DNA of 64,000 bases from Planctomycetota bacterium. GTDB lineage: Bacteria > Planctomycetota > GCA-002687715 > DRQF01. Position numbers and translations under genes: made by a program. The notes beneath the pieces were generated by a model. The model made no database searches, was not told the origin of the DNA, and saw nothing but the letters and a program-made list of their open reading frames with translations. The DNA lies in the NCBI GenBank assembly GCA_047639315.1, contig JBLINQ010000003.1, forward strand, positions 10,452 to 74,451, in the 5' to 3' direction. Of this stretch, positions 1 through 8,720 are shown in pieces; positions within the stretch are counted from its first letter, which is position 1, and every line of letters begins with the position of its first letter.

Positions 1-1
1 C

Positions 2-382
2 GATGACGTTCAGGCCTTGATGCTGCGTACAGGAGACGGCGAAGAGCAGTTTGAGGTCCTAGACAAGCGTCGACGAGGGCCCATTTATCGACCCAAAGAA
101 AGCTATCTAAAGCTATTGTCCAGAAGTGGTTCCGTCATTTTGTCCCAACTTGACATCGATCGAGACATCCACTACACTTCGCCCACTGATGGAGCAAAAC
201 CGCAAGCTGTTGCGCGCGCTCTCAGCGACTCTCAGGTTGATTCCGGGAAGTACTTTCTTTTAGGTGATAACAGCCCCGAGAGTCGTGATAGTAGGCATTG
301 GCGTGTAACAGAGCCCTACCAAGTTGTCGGACGACCGATTCTTGTTGTTTGGCCTTGGAGCCGGATACGCGTACTTCCCTAA
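2..382 (+). CDS. lepB: signal peptidase I (S26 family), C-terminal fragment; 5' end lies outside the window
   Basis: The reading frame is open to the window edge. The motif GDNSPESRDSRHW matches the S26 box E consensus GDNRxxSxDSR. The catalytic Ser/Lys boxes would lie upstream of the window. Confidence 0.75.
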   Translation, partial: DDVQALMLRTGDGEEQFEVLDKRRRGPIYRPKESYLKLLSRSGSVILSQLDIDRDIHYTSPTDGAKPQAVARALSDSQVDSGKYFLLGDNSPESRDSRHWRVTEPYQVVGRPILVVWPWSRIRVLP

Positions 383-405
383 AGAATGGGGCGGAGGTCA
401 TTTTT

Positions 406-1542
406 ATGGGCAGTTGGCTCGAACGGCAAAAGAACGATCCTATTCCATGGTTGATGGAAAAAGCGTGTCCACCCATCAAGTTTCGAATTCAAACCGAAAT
501 CATGGGGCTACCGGGTGATGACGTTGACGTCGCTGCAACGCGCAACGAGACGTACAACTACAAGCCACCGTATTCGATTTCGACGTCCCAAAGTGACGAC
601 GGGACTTGGTTCACCTCTCTTGCTGGATTCGACCACCTCAATCTCAATCGGAAACGTGGTCCCGGCACTCTCTTTCAATATCGCTCTCTCGTCGAATACG
701 GTTGGGGTACAGATCACCCCATCGTCTGGAGAACGTCGGAGCTTCTTCAGGGACTCATGTGGCAAGACCCAAGTGTTGACCTGTGTGAACTCAAGGGCTA
801 CTGCGGTGGAGATCCTGCAGTCGAAGCCTACATTCGCCGCATGCTTGCCCAGCGAGCTTTAGCCCTCTTGGCGCGTTCCAATTTTGCCGATGACATTGGC
901 GTCAAACGGAAGACAGCGGAAGTTCTCGACGCGTTGGACGCTTTTTATCAAGGCGACGTCCATAGCAAGATCTATACCGGCGAACTGATTCGGGAAATTG
1001 AGACGGACGACGGACCTCAAGACGAAACATGCGCGGTGATTTCTCCGGACGCTTTCCGTCCAGAGTATTGGATCTTCATGCTCTTTGGCCGAAATCCGGC
1101 TTTGAAGGATGATCCTCGTGCCAAGGACGTCCTCCGTCGCATTGTCGACTACATGTTCTCCAACCCTATCCCTGAAGTAGAAGTTCTCGAGGTTGGCGGC
1201 AAGGTATTTGACCGATTCGCCGAATTTTCCATTCGCAACCTGGAACAAGAGGACTTCGAGGAGAAGAAGCTGGTTGGAAGGCTTCTTCAGGAGCTTGAGT
1301 TCCTGGCTCGGACCGGCGTCCTCGAGGACATACCCAAGGCAAAAGCCATGCTCGAATGGCTCATGAGTCTCCAAGACGATGAGGGCGTCGTTCGGGCCGA
1401 GGAGTTTATTGAGAAGGCTGGACATCGTCTGGATTACTCTTACTTCCCTTTGGAAGACAATTGGCGGGGTAAGCACAAGAAGTTCACAGACGTGACTTTT
1501 CGGCTTTTGCTCATTCTCTCGATTCTCGACGGCAAGTCATAG
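406..1542 (+). CDS. hypothetical protein (possible alpha/alpha-toroid, prenyltransferase/terpene-cyclase-like repeats)
   Basis: ATG at 406 is preceded by GGAGG (393-397). The tracked ORF portion 298-405 overlaps lepB and has no RBS. Weak QxxDGxW-like motifs (QSDDGTW, LQDDEGV) are present, but the product is not recognised. Confidence 0.6.
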   Translation: MGSWLERQKNDPIPWLMEKACPPIKFRIQTEIMGLPGDDVDVAATRNETYNYKPPYSISTSQSDDGTWFTSLAGFDHLNLNRKRGPGTLFQYRSLVEYGWGTDHPIVWRTSELLQGLMWQDPSVDLCELKGYCGGDPAVEAYIRRMLAQRALALLARSNFADDIGVKRKTAEVLDALDAFYQGDVHSKIYTGELIREIETDDGPQDETCAVISPDAFRPEYWIFMLFGRNPALKDDPRAKDVLRRIVDYMFSNPIPEVEVLEVGGKVFDRFAEFSIRNLEQEDFEEKKLVGRLLQELEFLARTGVLEDIPKAKAMLEWLMSLQDDEGVVRAEEFIEKAGHRLDYSYFPLEDNWRGKHKKFTDVTFRLLLILSILDGKS

Positions 1543-1812
1543 GCCGTGCCTATCCTTCGCCCGAGTTGCGCAACGCGCTCCCGCGAAGGGGCCCCAATGC
1601 CAGGTCTTCAATTTGAGTTCTCGGGCTAAAATACCAGAGCTGCCTCAGATTTCGTCGCAAGCGAAACGACACCCAGAGGGCCTATTTTATCTAAAGTACC
1701 AATGGTTAACGAGTTAGGTTTTTCTAACAAGGCCTGAGCGGCAATAGACGGCTTTCGCTTTCACCCTATTTTCTCCGGAACCCTACCTGATCCGAGGGGT
1801 TATACTGACGAC

Positions 1813-2454
1813 ATGGGCAACAAGTACCTCGAAGATTTAGACGTGCAGCTCATGCTTCGTGTTCGCAATGGTGACGATGAGGCTTTCGCTACCATTGTCG
1901 AAAAACATGCTTCGATGTTGGTGAACTTCATGTATCGCTATGTGGGATGCAGAGTTACCGGTGAAGATTTAGCCCAGGATGTTTTCATGCGCGTTTTTAG
2001 GGCGGCACCCAACTATGAGCCTAAAGCACGCTTCAAGACATGGCTTTTGACTATTGCCACCAACATTTGCCTGAACCAAAAGCGTTGGGAGAAACATCGG
2101 AATCATCTCTCGCTGAGCCGAGATGACCAAGATGACGGGCCCAGAGGATCAGTTGAGCTTGATTCAGGTGCCGAAAGTCCAGACGACTCGATGGAAAAAG
2201 AAGAGCTCAGAGAACGAGTCCGCGATGCCATCGCTGGCTTACCAGAAAAACAACGCGCGGCACTCTTGCTGCGGCGCTATGAACAGCTTTCTTATGCCGA
2301 GATTGCTACGAGCCTTGGGCTGTCCTTAATGGCGGTCAAGTCTCTACTCAACCGGGCTAAGGAAGGTTTGAAGGAGCGACTAGGTCGCGATTTAGAAGAC
2401 TGGTATCCCGCCAGCTCCACCGCACTCGGTGATTCAGAAAAAGGGCTTGGATAA
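1813..2454 (+). CDS. ECF (group 4) RNA polymerase sigma-70 factor
   Basis: Region 2 (DLAQDVFMRVF, FKTWLLTIATNICLN) and the region 4 HTH (LSYAEIATSLGLSLMAVKSLLNRAKEGL) are both present. Confidence 0.9.
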   Translation: MGNKYLEDLDVQLMLRVRNGDDEAFATIVEKHASMLVNFMYRYVGCRVTGEDLAQDVFMRVFRAAPNYEPKARFKTWLLTIATNICLNQKRWEKHRNHLSLSRDDQDDGPRGSVELDSGAESPDDSMEKEELRERVRDAIAGLPEKQRAALLLRRYEQLSYAEIATSLGLSLMAVKSLLNRAKEGLKERLGRDLEDWYPASSTALGDSEKGLG

Positions 2455-2867
2455 TGACAAAGAAACAAAACGGATTTGGTGCATCGATGGGGCCGGACGA
2501 CGGCGAAAGCATCAAAGATTCCGCCGAAGATCAGGCTCTCTGGCAACTCATGGGAGTGCTTGATGATGTCAAGCCCAGTTCCGATTTCATTCGGAGTCTG
2601 ACAGAGCAAACTACGCGGCCAATTGCCTTGCGGCCTTGGTACCGCCGTGGGTGGGTCCCAGCGGCTGCGGCTGTCCTCATGATTGCGATTACCATCCCAT
2701 TCGCTCTGGAAAGCAAATCTGGCTCAACGAAAAATCCTGACAAGGCTCAGAATGTTGCCGAATACCAAGGAGTTGTTGAGCTCTTGGGTGGTCTGAGCGA
2801 CGCTGATGTTCTCGACCTCGATGCCAACGAAACAGAGAGTGTCCAGGCTGATTGGTTTGGTGGTTGA
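2454..2867 (+). CDS. putative membrane-bound anti-sigma factor
   Basis: The start overlaps the sigma stop codon (TAATG at 2452-2456). It has a single TM helix (WVPAAAAVLMIAITIPFAL). Position and topology fit a cognate anti-sigma, but there is no HxxxCxxC zinc motif. Confidence 0.55.
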   Translation: MTKKQNGFGASMGPDDGESIKDSAEDQALWQLMGVLDDVKPSSDFIRSLTEQTTRPIALRPWYRRGWVPAAAAVLMIAITIPFALESKSGSTKNPDKAQNVAEYQGVVELLGGLSDADVLDLDANETESVQADWFGG

Positions 2868-2871
2868 TTCG

Positions 2872-4482
2872 ATGAAACTTAAGACCCTTCACGTTCTGCT
2901 GTTGACGATCGTCCTCGCCCTTCTCGGCGCGGCGACGAGCGAAGCTCAATATCGTGGGGGGCGTGGTTCTTGGCGCGGCTTAGATTCCAAAGCCCGCGAG
3001 GCGCGCCATCAGTTTGTTGTTGAGGTCGTTGACGAACTCAAGCGTAGCGTCGGCGAGAAACTGCAAGGCGATATGCTCTCTCGGTTTGAAGGAATGGCCC
3101 GCTCTGTCGTGCGCCGAATGAGCAAAGAAGATTTTGAGAAGCTGCAATCGAGGCCAATTGCCGAGAGAGTCAAAGGCGTTGCAACGCTTTGGCAGAAAAG
3201 CAAAGAACAGACGGCCGAACGTTTCATCAAGTCGCAGACGCCCAAAATCGCAACCGAGTTGCGAGCTCTAAAACCGGAAATGCGAGATCGGCGTATTGCC
3301 GAACTTAAGGTTCTGACCACTCTCGAGCGCTCCATTTCTTCTGCGGAAAAGTATCAGCTCATCCAACCGACTGAGGCGGATCGATTGCGTGGTCTTCCTT
3401 CGGCAGAGCAGTTGGTCGAATCCAACAAACTTAATCGTCAGGTTTTCTTTTCAATGCACGGCGCTGAAATTGACGCCAAAGAGAAGGCTCGCCTCGAGAA
3501 ACTTGACGACCGCATTTTCTGGCGCGACCGAAAAGTGCGCCGATTCCAATTGTTGCGTCACATCAATGCCAAGGAGTTGGCGGAGCTTCGTAAGCTCGAC
3601 CGTAACGCCCGGATGAAATTGTTTAAGGCCCTTCGCACCGGAAATGGTTTAGAAGATTTCGTTGAAGCCGGGACCTTGAGCCAGCAGACGGTAGCTAACT
3701 GGGCGAAGATGAAGCATGAAGATCGTCGGCGCTTGGCGCGAGATCTATCCAGTGTCTACTTGCCGAACTTCCAGCAAGGACTTCGTCCATCGCGCAAGCA
3801 AATGAGCCAGTTGAGCCGGGAAGAACGGCGCCAGCTTTTCATGATGAATGCGAAGGAACGGCTTAAATTCCTGAAGACCAAGTTTCCCGATGGTGATTGG
3901 GACAAGCAGGAAGGTGTCCGTCGGCTCAGGAACAAGATCGATAATGAATTGAAGACGATGGATCGTCGGTCGCGAAGCGAACTACGTTCGATGATGCCTT
4001 CGATTGTTAGCAAGAAACTGACCACATTGTTTCCTGGCGATACCGCCAAGGTCACTCGGCTCATGGTAGACATGGAGAAGGTCGGTTGGTTCCGAAGTGT
4101 TGTCCCTGCTATGCGCTCGTTGAAAGGGCAGCTAAGTATCGCTGAGCGGAAGAACGTTCAGTCTATGACAACGGTCGAAACCGTCGACTTCTACTTCTCG
4201 AGGTTTCCAGCAGAGTTGACTAAGCAGGCCGCTGAACAACTGACGAGCGCTGGCCACAAATTACCCGTAGGTTGGATTGATCTGTCGGGTTCGAAAAAGG
4301 TCCACCATCTCAATGATCTAGGACTCAAGATGCCTTGGGGCCCAAAGGATTCGATGCGCAGGTTTCGCGGTCGCCGCCCAGATATGGGTCCGCCGAAAGA
4401 TGGCTCAGATCGTCATGGTGGCAACCCCAAGAATGGTCGCCGTCGCGGTCGCCCACACTCACGCCCTTCTGATCGCAAGTAA
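2872..4482 (+). CDS. secreted, highly charged (K/R/E-rich) helical protein of unknown function
   Basis: ATG at 2872 lies a few nt after the anti-sigma stop. The signal peptide is MKLKTLHVLLLTIVLALLGAATSEAQ. The ORF is long with a basic GRRRGRPHSRPSDRK tail and is co-directional with the ECF pair. Confidence 0.7.
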   Translation: MKLKTLHVLLLTIVLALLGAATSEAQYRGGRGSWRGLDSKAREARHQFVVEVVDELKRSVGEKLQGDMLSRFEGMARSVVRRMSKEDFEKLQSRPIAERVKGVATLWQKSKEQTAERFIKSQTPKIATELRALKPEMRDRRIAELKVLTTLERSISSAEKYQLIQPTEADRLRGLPSAEQLVESNKLNRQVFFSMHGAEIDAKEKARLEKLDDRIFWRDRKVRRFQLLRHINAKELAELRKLDRNARMKLFKALRTGNGLEDFVEAGTLSQQTVANWAKMKHEDRRRLARDLSSVYLPNFQQGLRPSRKQMSQLSREERRQLFMMNAKERLKFLKTKFPDGDWDKQEGVRRLRNKIDNELKTMDRRSRSELRSMMPSIVSKKLTTLFPGDTAKVTRLMVDMEKVGWFRSVVPAMRSLKGQLSIAERKNVQSMTTVETVDFYFSRFPAELTKQAAEQLTSAGHKLPVGWIDLSGSKKVHHLNDLGLKMPWGPKDSMRRFRGRRPDMGPPKDGSDRHGGNPKNGRRRGRPHSRPSDRK

Positions 4483-4661
4483 TCCTCGGCTTCGATGGCT
4501 CGGAGAACTTGCTCCAACCTTCCATCATTAGGTGAGTTAGCAACTTTCCTGATTGTGGATCGAAGACGACATCGGTGCCAAAATGGAGCCGATCCCTCAT
4601 TCCTCGAATTACTTCTTTTCGAAACTCCAACACCACCGGTTTGGACGTATAATCAGCATTG

Positions 4662-4696
4662 ATGGACGGATGACGCAATCCGTCCATTGTTTTTTG
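4662..4696 (+). terminator. rho-independent terminator
   Basis: A perfect 10-bp stem ATGGACGGAT / ATCCGTCCAT with a 6-nt loop GACGCA is followed by TGTTTTTTGG. Confidence 0.7.
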
Positions 4697-4713
4697 GATA
4701 TCGGGAGTCGATC

Positions 4714-5982
4714 GTGAAACCTGCCAATACCGCCTTTCTTGTCTTCTTTGCCGTGCTTTTTACCCTCGGAACTGTCATGGCTCAGGAAACGCCCGAGCCC
4801 TTAGACAAGAAAGTGCGCGCGGCTTACGAGAAGATCGATTCTGCCCGTGAGGCAATGAATGGTGAACTGACCGACGAGCAGCGCGTCGAGAAGATGTCAG
4901 CCTTTCAGGATTCTTGCCGAAAGTTCGTCGAGGCTTATGAAGGTCAGGCATCCCAACTAGACGGTGGGTTGTTTGACTTGGGCCGGGCCGCCATCCAGAG
5001 TTTCTCGCCTGAAAAGGCCATTACATTCCTCCAGGGTTTCCTGGCGAAGAACAAAGGGTCAAAAGAAAGCGCTGAAGCCACGATGTTCTTGGGTGACGCC
5101 TATCGGGCGGTGAACAAGAACAAGGAAGCCACGAAGCTGTATCAGGCCTTCATTAAGGCAAACCCGAAGAGCGATTTCATTCCTTCGGCGCGACTAGGCT
5201 TAGCCACCTCAAACTTCCTGTCCTTGGATTTTGAAGCTGCGATCGTTCAATATCGTGCAATCATAGCTAAGCACCCAAAGCACGAAGTTCGCGGTGATGC
5301 AGCATTCCAACTTCTCAACGCCCTCGTCTACGCTGGTAAACATGATGAGGCCCGTGCCCACTTAGCCAAGCTTATTGAGGAAGCTCCAGAAGCTCCTGAG
5401 CTGGCGCAGAAATCGAAACAACTCGAAATATTAGGGCGCCCGGCACCTGAATTAACCGGCGTTGTCGGTTGGCAAGGAACTCCTGGGAGTAGCATCGCTC
5501 GCATGCGTGGTCGAGTTCTTGTTCTCTGTTTCTTCATGATGAAGAACATTCCATGTGCGCGCACACTTCAATCACTTTCCAAGCTTGAGCGAGAACTCCG
5601 TATGGAAGGTGTGACCGTGTGGGGGCTCACGAAAACATACAAAGCCGGCAAAGGCGACTGGACCGTCGAGCGCGAGTCTAAGTGGATGGGGCGTTTCCGC
5701 GAGAATCCGCGCTTCGTATTGCAGAAGGAGCTGCGGTACACCACGAAGGGCGGAACGGAAGAAGAGGAAGTCTGGGGCCCGCTTGAGAAGCCGATCACTG
5801 TCACCCTCGGGCTCACCAAGGACACCGCCAATCTTCTTGCATATCGGATTCGACGGGTCCCGACAATTATTGTCATCGGCAAAGATGGTCGTGTGCGCTT
5901 GATGGAGGAAGGCGGCCAATCTTCGGGCGGTTTCCAAAGTCAGATGCTTCGGCAGCTCATTCGGCGAGCTGCAGCTGAGTAA
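4714..5982 (+). CDS. secreted TPR-repeat protein with C-terminal thioredoxin-fold (TlpA/redoxin-like) domain lacking the first active-site Cys
   Basis: GTG at 4714 is preceded by GGGAG (4703-4707), and an N-terminal signal/TM segment is present. The C-terminus GRVLVLCFFMMKNIPCAR ... VPTIIVIGKDGRV matches the TlpA layout, but WCxxC is replaced by KNIPC. Confidence 0.7.
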   Translation: MKPANTAFLVFFAVLFTLGTVMAQETPEPLDKKVRAAYEKIDSAREAMNGELTDEQRVEKMSAFQDSCRKFVEAYEGQASQLDGGLFDLGRAAIQSFSPEKAITFLQGFLAKNKGSKESAEATMFLGDAYRAVNKNKEATKLYQAFIKANPKSDFIPSARLGLATSNFLSLDFEAAIVQYRAIIAKHPKHEVRGDAAFQLLNALVYAGKHDEARAHLAKLIEEAPEAPELAQKSKQLEILGRPAPELTGVVGWQGTPGSSIARMRGRVLVLCFFMMKNIPCARTLQSLSKLERELRMEGVTVWGLTKTYKAGKGDWTVERESKWMGRFRENPRFVLQKELRYTTKGGTEEEEVWGPLEKPITVTLGLTKDTANLLAYRIRRVPTIIVIGKDGRVRLMEEGGQSSGGFQSQMLRQLIRRAAAE

Positions 5983-5999
5983 TCTGGGGTCACTTCTGA

Positions 6000-6659
6000 C
6001 TACATGGTTGCCAGAGTCGTTGGCGCCATCTTGCCGCCTTTGAGATGGAACACGCGAGACTGAGGAATGTCGACGTTTTGGGTAGAGGCCACAACAATGG
6101 CACTCCCAAGTTTACGATTGGCAACTTCTAACGATTCAAGTGAAGGGGGCACGCCCCAGGGTGGCGGCGTAAGATCGGCCAAAATCAGACGCGGGCGCGC
6201 CATGAAGGCGCGCGCCGTTCCAACTTTTCGGCGCATTTCTTGGTCTAGCTCACAGATTCGACGATTGTCATCTGCTTCAATACCAGCCAATTCCAATGCC
6301 TGCCAAGTCGGGAGATTCTTGACGAGATTATGTTGCGTCAAGGTTTCGTGAATGGTCATGCGAGCATCAAGGCAGAATACCGGGCTTAGGAATGACACCA
6401 TTGAGCCCAGGAGAGCAAGGCCGCTCATGTCAGCCTCAATCGCTTTGCCGTCGATTTTGACTTCACCCCCCGAACTCCTTTCGATCCCGGCCAAGATGTT
6501 CAAGAGGGCACTTTTCCCTGAGCCTTCCTGTCCTTGAATCACGACAAAATCGCCATTCTCGACTGTCAGGTCTACGCCCCTTAGGACCTGCACATCCCGT
6601 TGCCCAATGGCGTATGACTTCTCGACGCTTTTCAGCATGAGCAGCGGATTGATAGTCAT
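6000..6659 (-). CDS. ABC-type ATPase-like protein with degenerate signature and Walker B motifs
   Basis: Walker A GQEGSGKS is intact. No LSGGQ signature is present (the region reads LDQEMRRKVGTARAF). Walker B reads LILADL, without the catalytic Glu. Confidence 0.7.
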   Translation of the reverse strand: MTINPLLMLKSVEKSYAIGQRDVQVLRGVDLTVENGDFVVIQGQEGSGKSALLNILAGIERSSGGEVKIDGKAIEADMSGLALLGSMVSFLSPVFCLDARMTIHETLTQHNLVKNLPTWQALELAGIEADDNRRICELDQEMRRKVGTARAFMARPRLILADLTPPPWGVPPSLESLEVANRKLGSAIVVASTQNVDIPQSRVFHLKGGKMAPTTLATM

Positions 6660-6792
6660 ATAAGCCCAGCTCCAAGTAAGTCGCGATCTTCTCGCTTATC
6701 GAGCTAAATCGGCCAACATTACGTCTTTTCGAGAATTTGACGCCCAGACTGAGGCGCCTGTTGGCAAAATCGAAGGCTGAAATTGGGTGAAA

Positions 6793-7413
6793 CTAACGCT
6801 CGGCACCGAAGATGATCCGCCACATATTCACTCCGTTGATCAAGAAGTGAATGAAAATCGGGACCAAGATATTCCCTGTCACCATGAAGCCATATCCAAG
6901 GACTAACCCGGAACCGACGGCGAAAATGGTCCATGGGATGTAGGATTTGTGGCGCCCCATGTGAAGCATGCCGAACAAGATGCTCGTTGCAACAAGTCCT
7001 ATGGTGGGCGACCCGCTAAGGCTGGCCAAGCTTGTTTGAATAGCGCCACGGAAGAAGATTTCTTCGGCCACAGAGCTGTACAACGACAAGAAAAAGACAC
7101 CGGTTCGAGTCAAATCGCCTAAGCGCGATCGAACCGCTCCTTCTAACATGTCGAACACATTGGTTTTCCAACGCACCAAGCTGACAAGGAGAACAAGAAC
7201 AATGCCGGTGGCAAAGGACCATGACAACTCGCGTCCGATGACAGCGAGTTCGGTCGTCCTCATCAGCTGAATATCGGATAGGTAGCACCAAGCAACACCA
7301 ACCATGAGCACGATGAAATAGACCAGCGAGATTCCAACAATGAGTGGTGGAATATTCTCGGGCAGATCACCGTCAGTTTCGGCTGCTGGTCCTTCGTACA
7401 TAAATTGCTCCAT
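6793..7413 (-). CDS. CPBP family intramembrane glutamic endopeptidase (CAAX protease/Abi family)
   Basis: All three family motifs are present: EEIFFRG (EExxxR), FGMLH (FxxxH) and HFLINGVN (HxxxN). The protein has multiple TM helices. The start is set at the first ATG (7413), since the tracked ORF begins at a TTG (7461). Confidence 0.8.
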   Translation of the reverse strand: MEQFMYEGPAAETDGDLPENIPPLIVGISLVYFIVLMVGVAWCYLSDIQLMRTTELAVIGRELSWSFATGIVLVLLVSLVRWKTNVFDMLEGAVRSRLGDLTRTGVFFLSLYSSVAEEIFFRGAIQTSLASLSGSPTIGLVATSILFGMLHMGRHKSYIPWTIFAVGSGLVLGYGFMVTGNILVPIFIHFLINGVNMWRIIFGAER

Positions 7414-7539
7414 TCCGAAACTATCGGAGGAATGGATGGCCCCACTCAAATTTCCTCTCAATCATGCCAGATTCCTCGCGGTAAAGGGAGGATCTATCAC
7501 AATCATGGACAGCCCTTCGCTTCACGGTAGAATGCCCCC

Positions 7540-8706
7540 ATGCAATTTCACGAAGCCAAAAAACTTGTTGAGCGCGGTCTCATTCTCCCGGCACCTGGTG
7601 CGGTTTACGTCAATAAGGATGTTGTTCTCGAGCGCCTTGCTCCGGGAGCGGTTCTTTACCCAGGAGCCCAGGTGAGCGGCTCGGCAACAACTCTGGCCCC
7701 CGGCTCAAAAGTAGGGACTGAGGGGCCTGCTCAAATACGGAATGTCGCCTTAGGGCGCGGTGCGAGCATTGCCAGTGGAACAGCAGAGAACTGCTGCCTA
7801 CTGGACGGAGCTTCCCTTGGACCTAATAGTCACGTTCGCGCAGGTACTTTGTTGGAAGAATTTGCATCAACTGGCCACGCTGTTGGACTGAAGCAGACCA
7901 TTCTGCTTAGTTTTGTAACTTTGGGCTCTCAAATTAACTTCTGTGATTGCTTGATGGCGGGCGGAACCTCCAGGAATGACCACAGTGAAGTTGGGAGCGG
8001 GTTCATTCACTTCAATTTCACGCCTTTCGGCGAAAGAGGCGACAAAGCAACGGCATCGTTGTTTGGCGACGTTCAGCGGGGTGTCTTTTTGAAAGACGGG
8101 CGCATCTTCTTGGGAGGATGTGGCGGGGTCGTTGGGCCAGTGCAAGTCGACTACGGCACGACCCTCGCTGCAGGAAGCGTCTATCGAAAAGACTATGGCC
8201 CAGGTCTCCTGGCCTATGGCGAAAAGACAATTGCTAAGTCTCGCTCATTTGATCCGCTTTTGGTGCGAGGGGTTGGGCGTCGCGTTGATCGTTGCCTCAA
8301 CTATGTCGGGGAACTCCGAGCTCTCTATGCTTGGTACGAGCACGTTCGACTCGCTGCGGCCTCAGATGACATAGATGCCCTCGTGATCAGATCAGGGATG
8401 GAGCGGATCACGGAAGGCATCAAGGAACGGGGTAAACAAATCGAACGTTTCCTTGGCGGCGCGAAGCCTGCCGACGACGACGCCCAGGCCGACATCGTGG
8501 CCTCCCAGGGGAAATGGAGTGCTCTTAAGGCAGGATTTGTCGTCAGCCCCGAAACGGCTTCCCATGAATCTCTCAGGCTTTCATTTCTGGACGCGAATAG
8601 CCCGGGAGAAGATCACGTCGCCTGGGTCCAATCTTTGAGCGCGGCTGAAATAGAAAAAGGGCGAGCCTGGTTAACTGCTGTCGCACAACCAAGCTCGCCC
8701 TCGTGA
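7540..8706 (+). CDS. left-handed beta-helix (hexapeptide-repeat) protein, GlmU C-terminal/acyltransferase-like, with helical C-terminal domain
   Basis: The N-terminal ~230 aa show imperfect hexapeptide periodicity with small and aliphatic residues (GAVLYPGAQVSG, GSKVGTEG, GASIASGTAENC, GPNSHVRAGT). ATG at 7540. Confidence 0.55.
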   Translation: MQFHEAKKLVERGLILPAPGAVYVNKDVVLERLAPGAVLYPGAQVSGSATTLAPGSKVGTEGPAQIRNVALGRGASIASGTAENCCLLDGASLGPNSHVRAGTLLEEFASTGHAVGLKQTILLSFVTLGSQINFCDCLMAGGTSRNDHSEVGSGFIHFNFTPFGERGDKATASLFGDVQRGVFLKDGRIFLGGCGGVVGPVQVDYGTTLAAGSVYRKDYGPGLLAYGEKTIAKSRSFDPLLVRGVGRRVDRCLNYVGELRALYAWYEHVRLAAASDDIDALVIRSGMERITEGIKERGKQIERFLGGAKPADDDAQADIVASQGKWSALKAGFVVSPETASHESLRLSFLDANSPGEDHVAWVQSLSAAEIEKGRAWLTAVAQPSSPS

Positions 8707-8720
8707 TTTCGGATTAGGAC

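Noticed and set aside
859-1476. 205-aa minus-strand ORF
   Set aside because: It is antisense to the 406-1542 ORF, which has a good RBS and start. It has no start context or motifs.
1554-1589. Imperfect stem-loop after the 406-1542 gene
   Set aside because: It has no U-tract and contains several mismatches and bulges, so it is not callable as a terminator.
1777-1806. GGAAC (1777-1781) and TATACT (1801-1806) upstream of the first ECF sigma gene as an autoregulated ECF or leaderless promoter
   Set aside because: The spacing (19 nt) and the absence of a CGT-type -10 do not fit ECF consensus. No matching -35 exists for the sigma-70 reading, and a GAGGGG SD-like element is also present. The evidence is too ambiguous to call.
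4325-4687. 120-aa minus-strand ORF spanning the 4483-4661 gap
   Set aside because: It would overlap the 3' end of the 2872-4482 gene by about 160 nt, and it starts inside the + strand terminator hairpin. No RBS or motif supports it.
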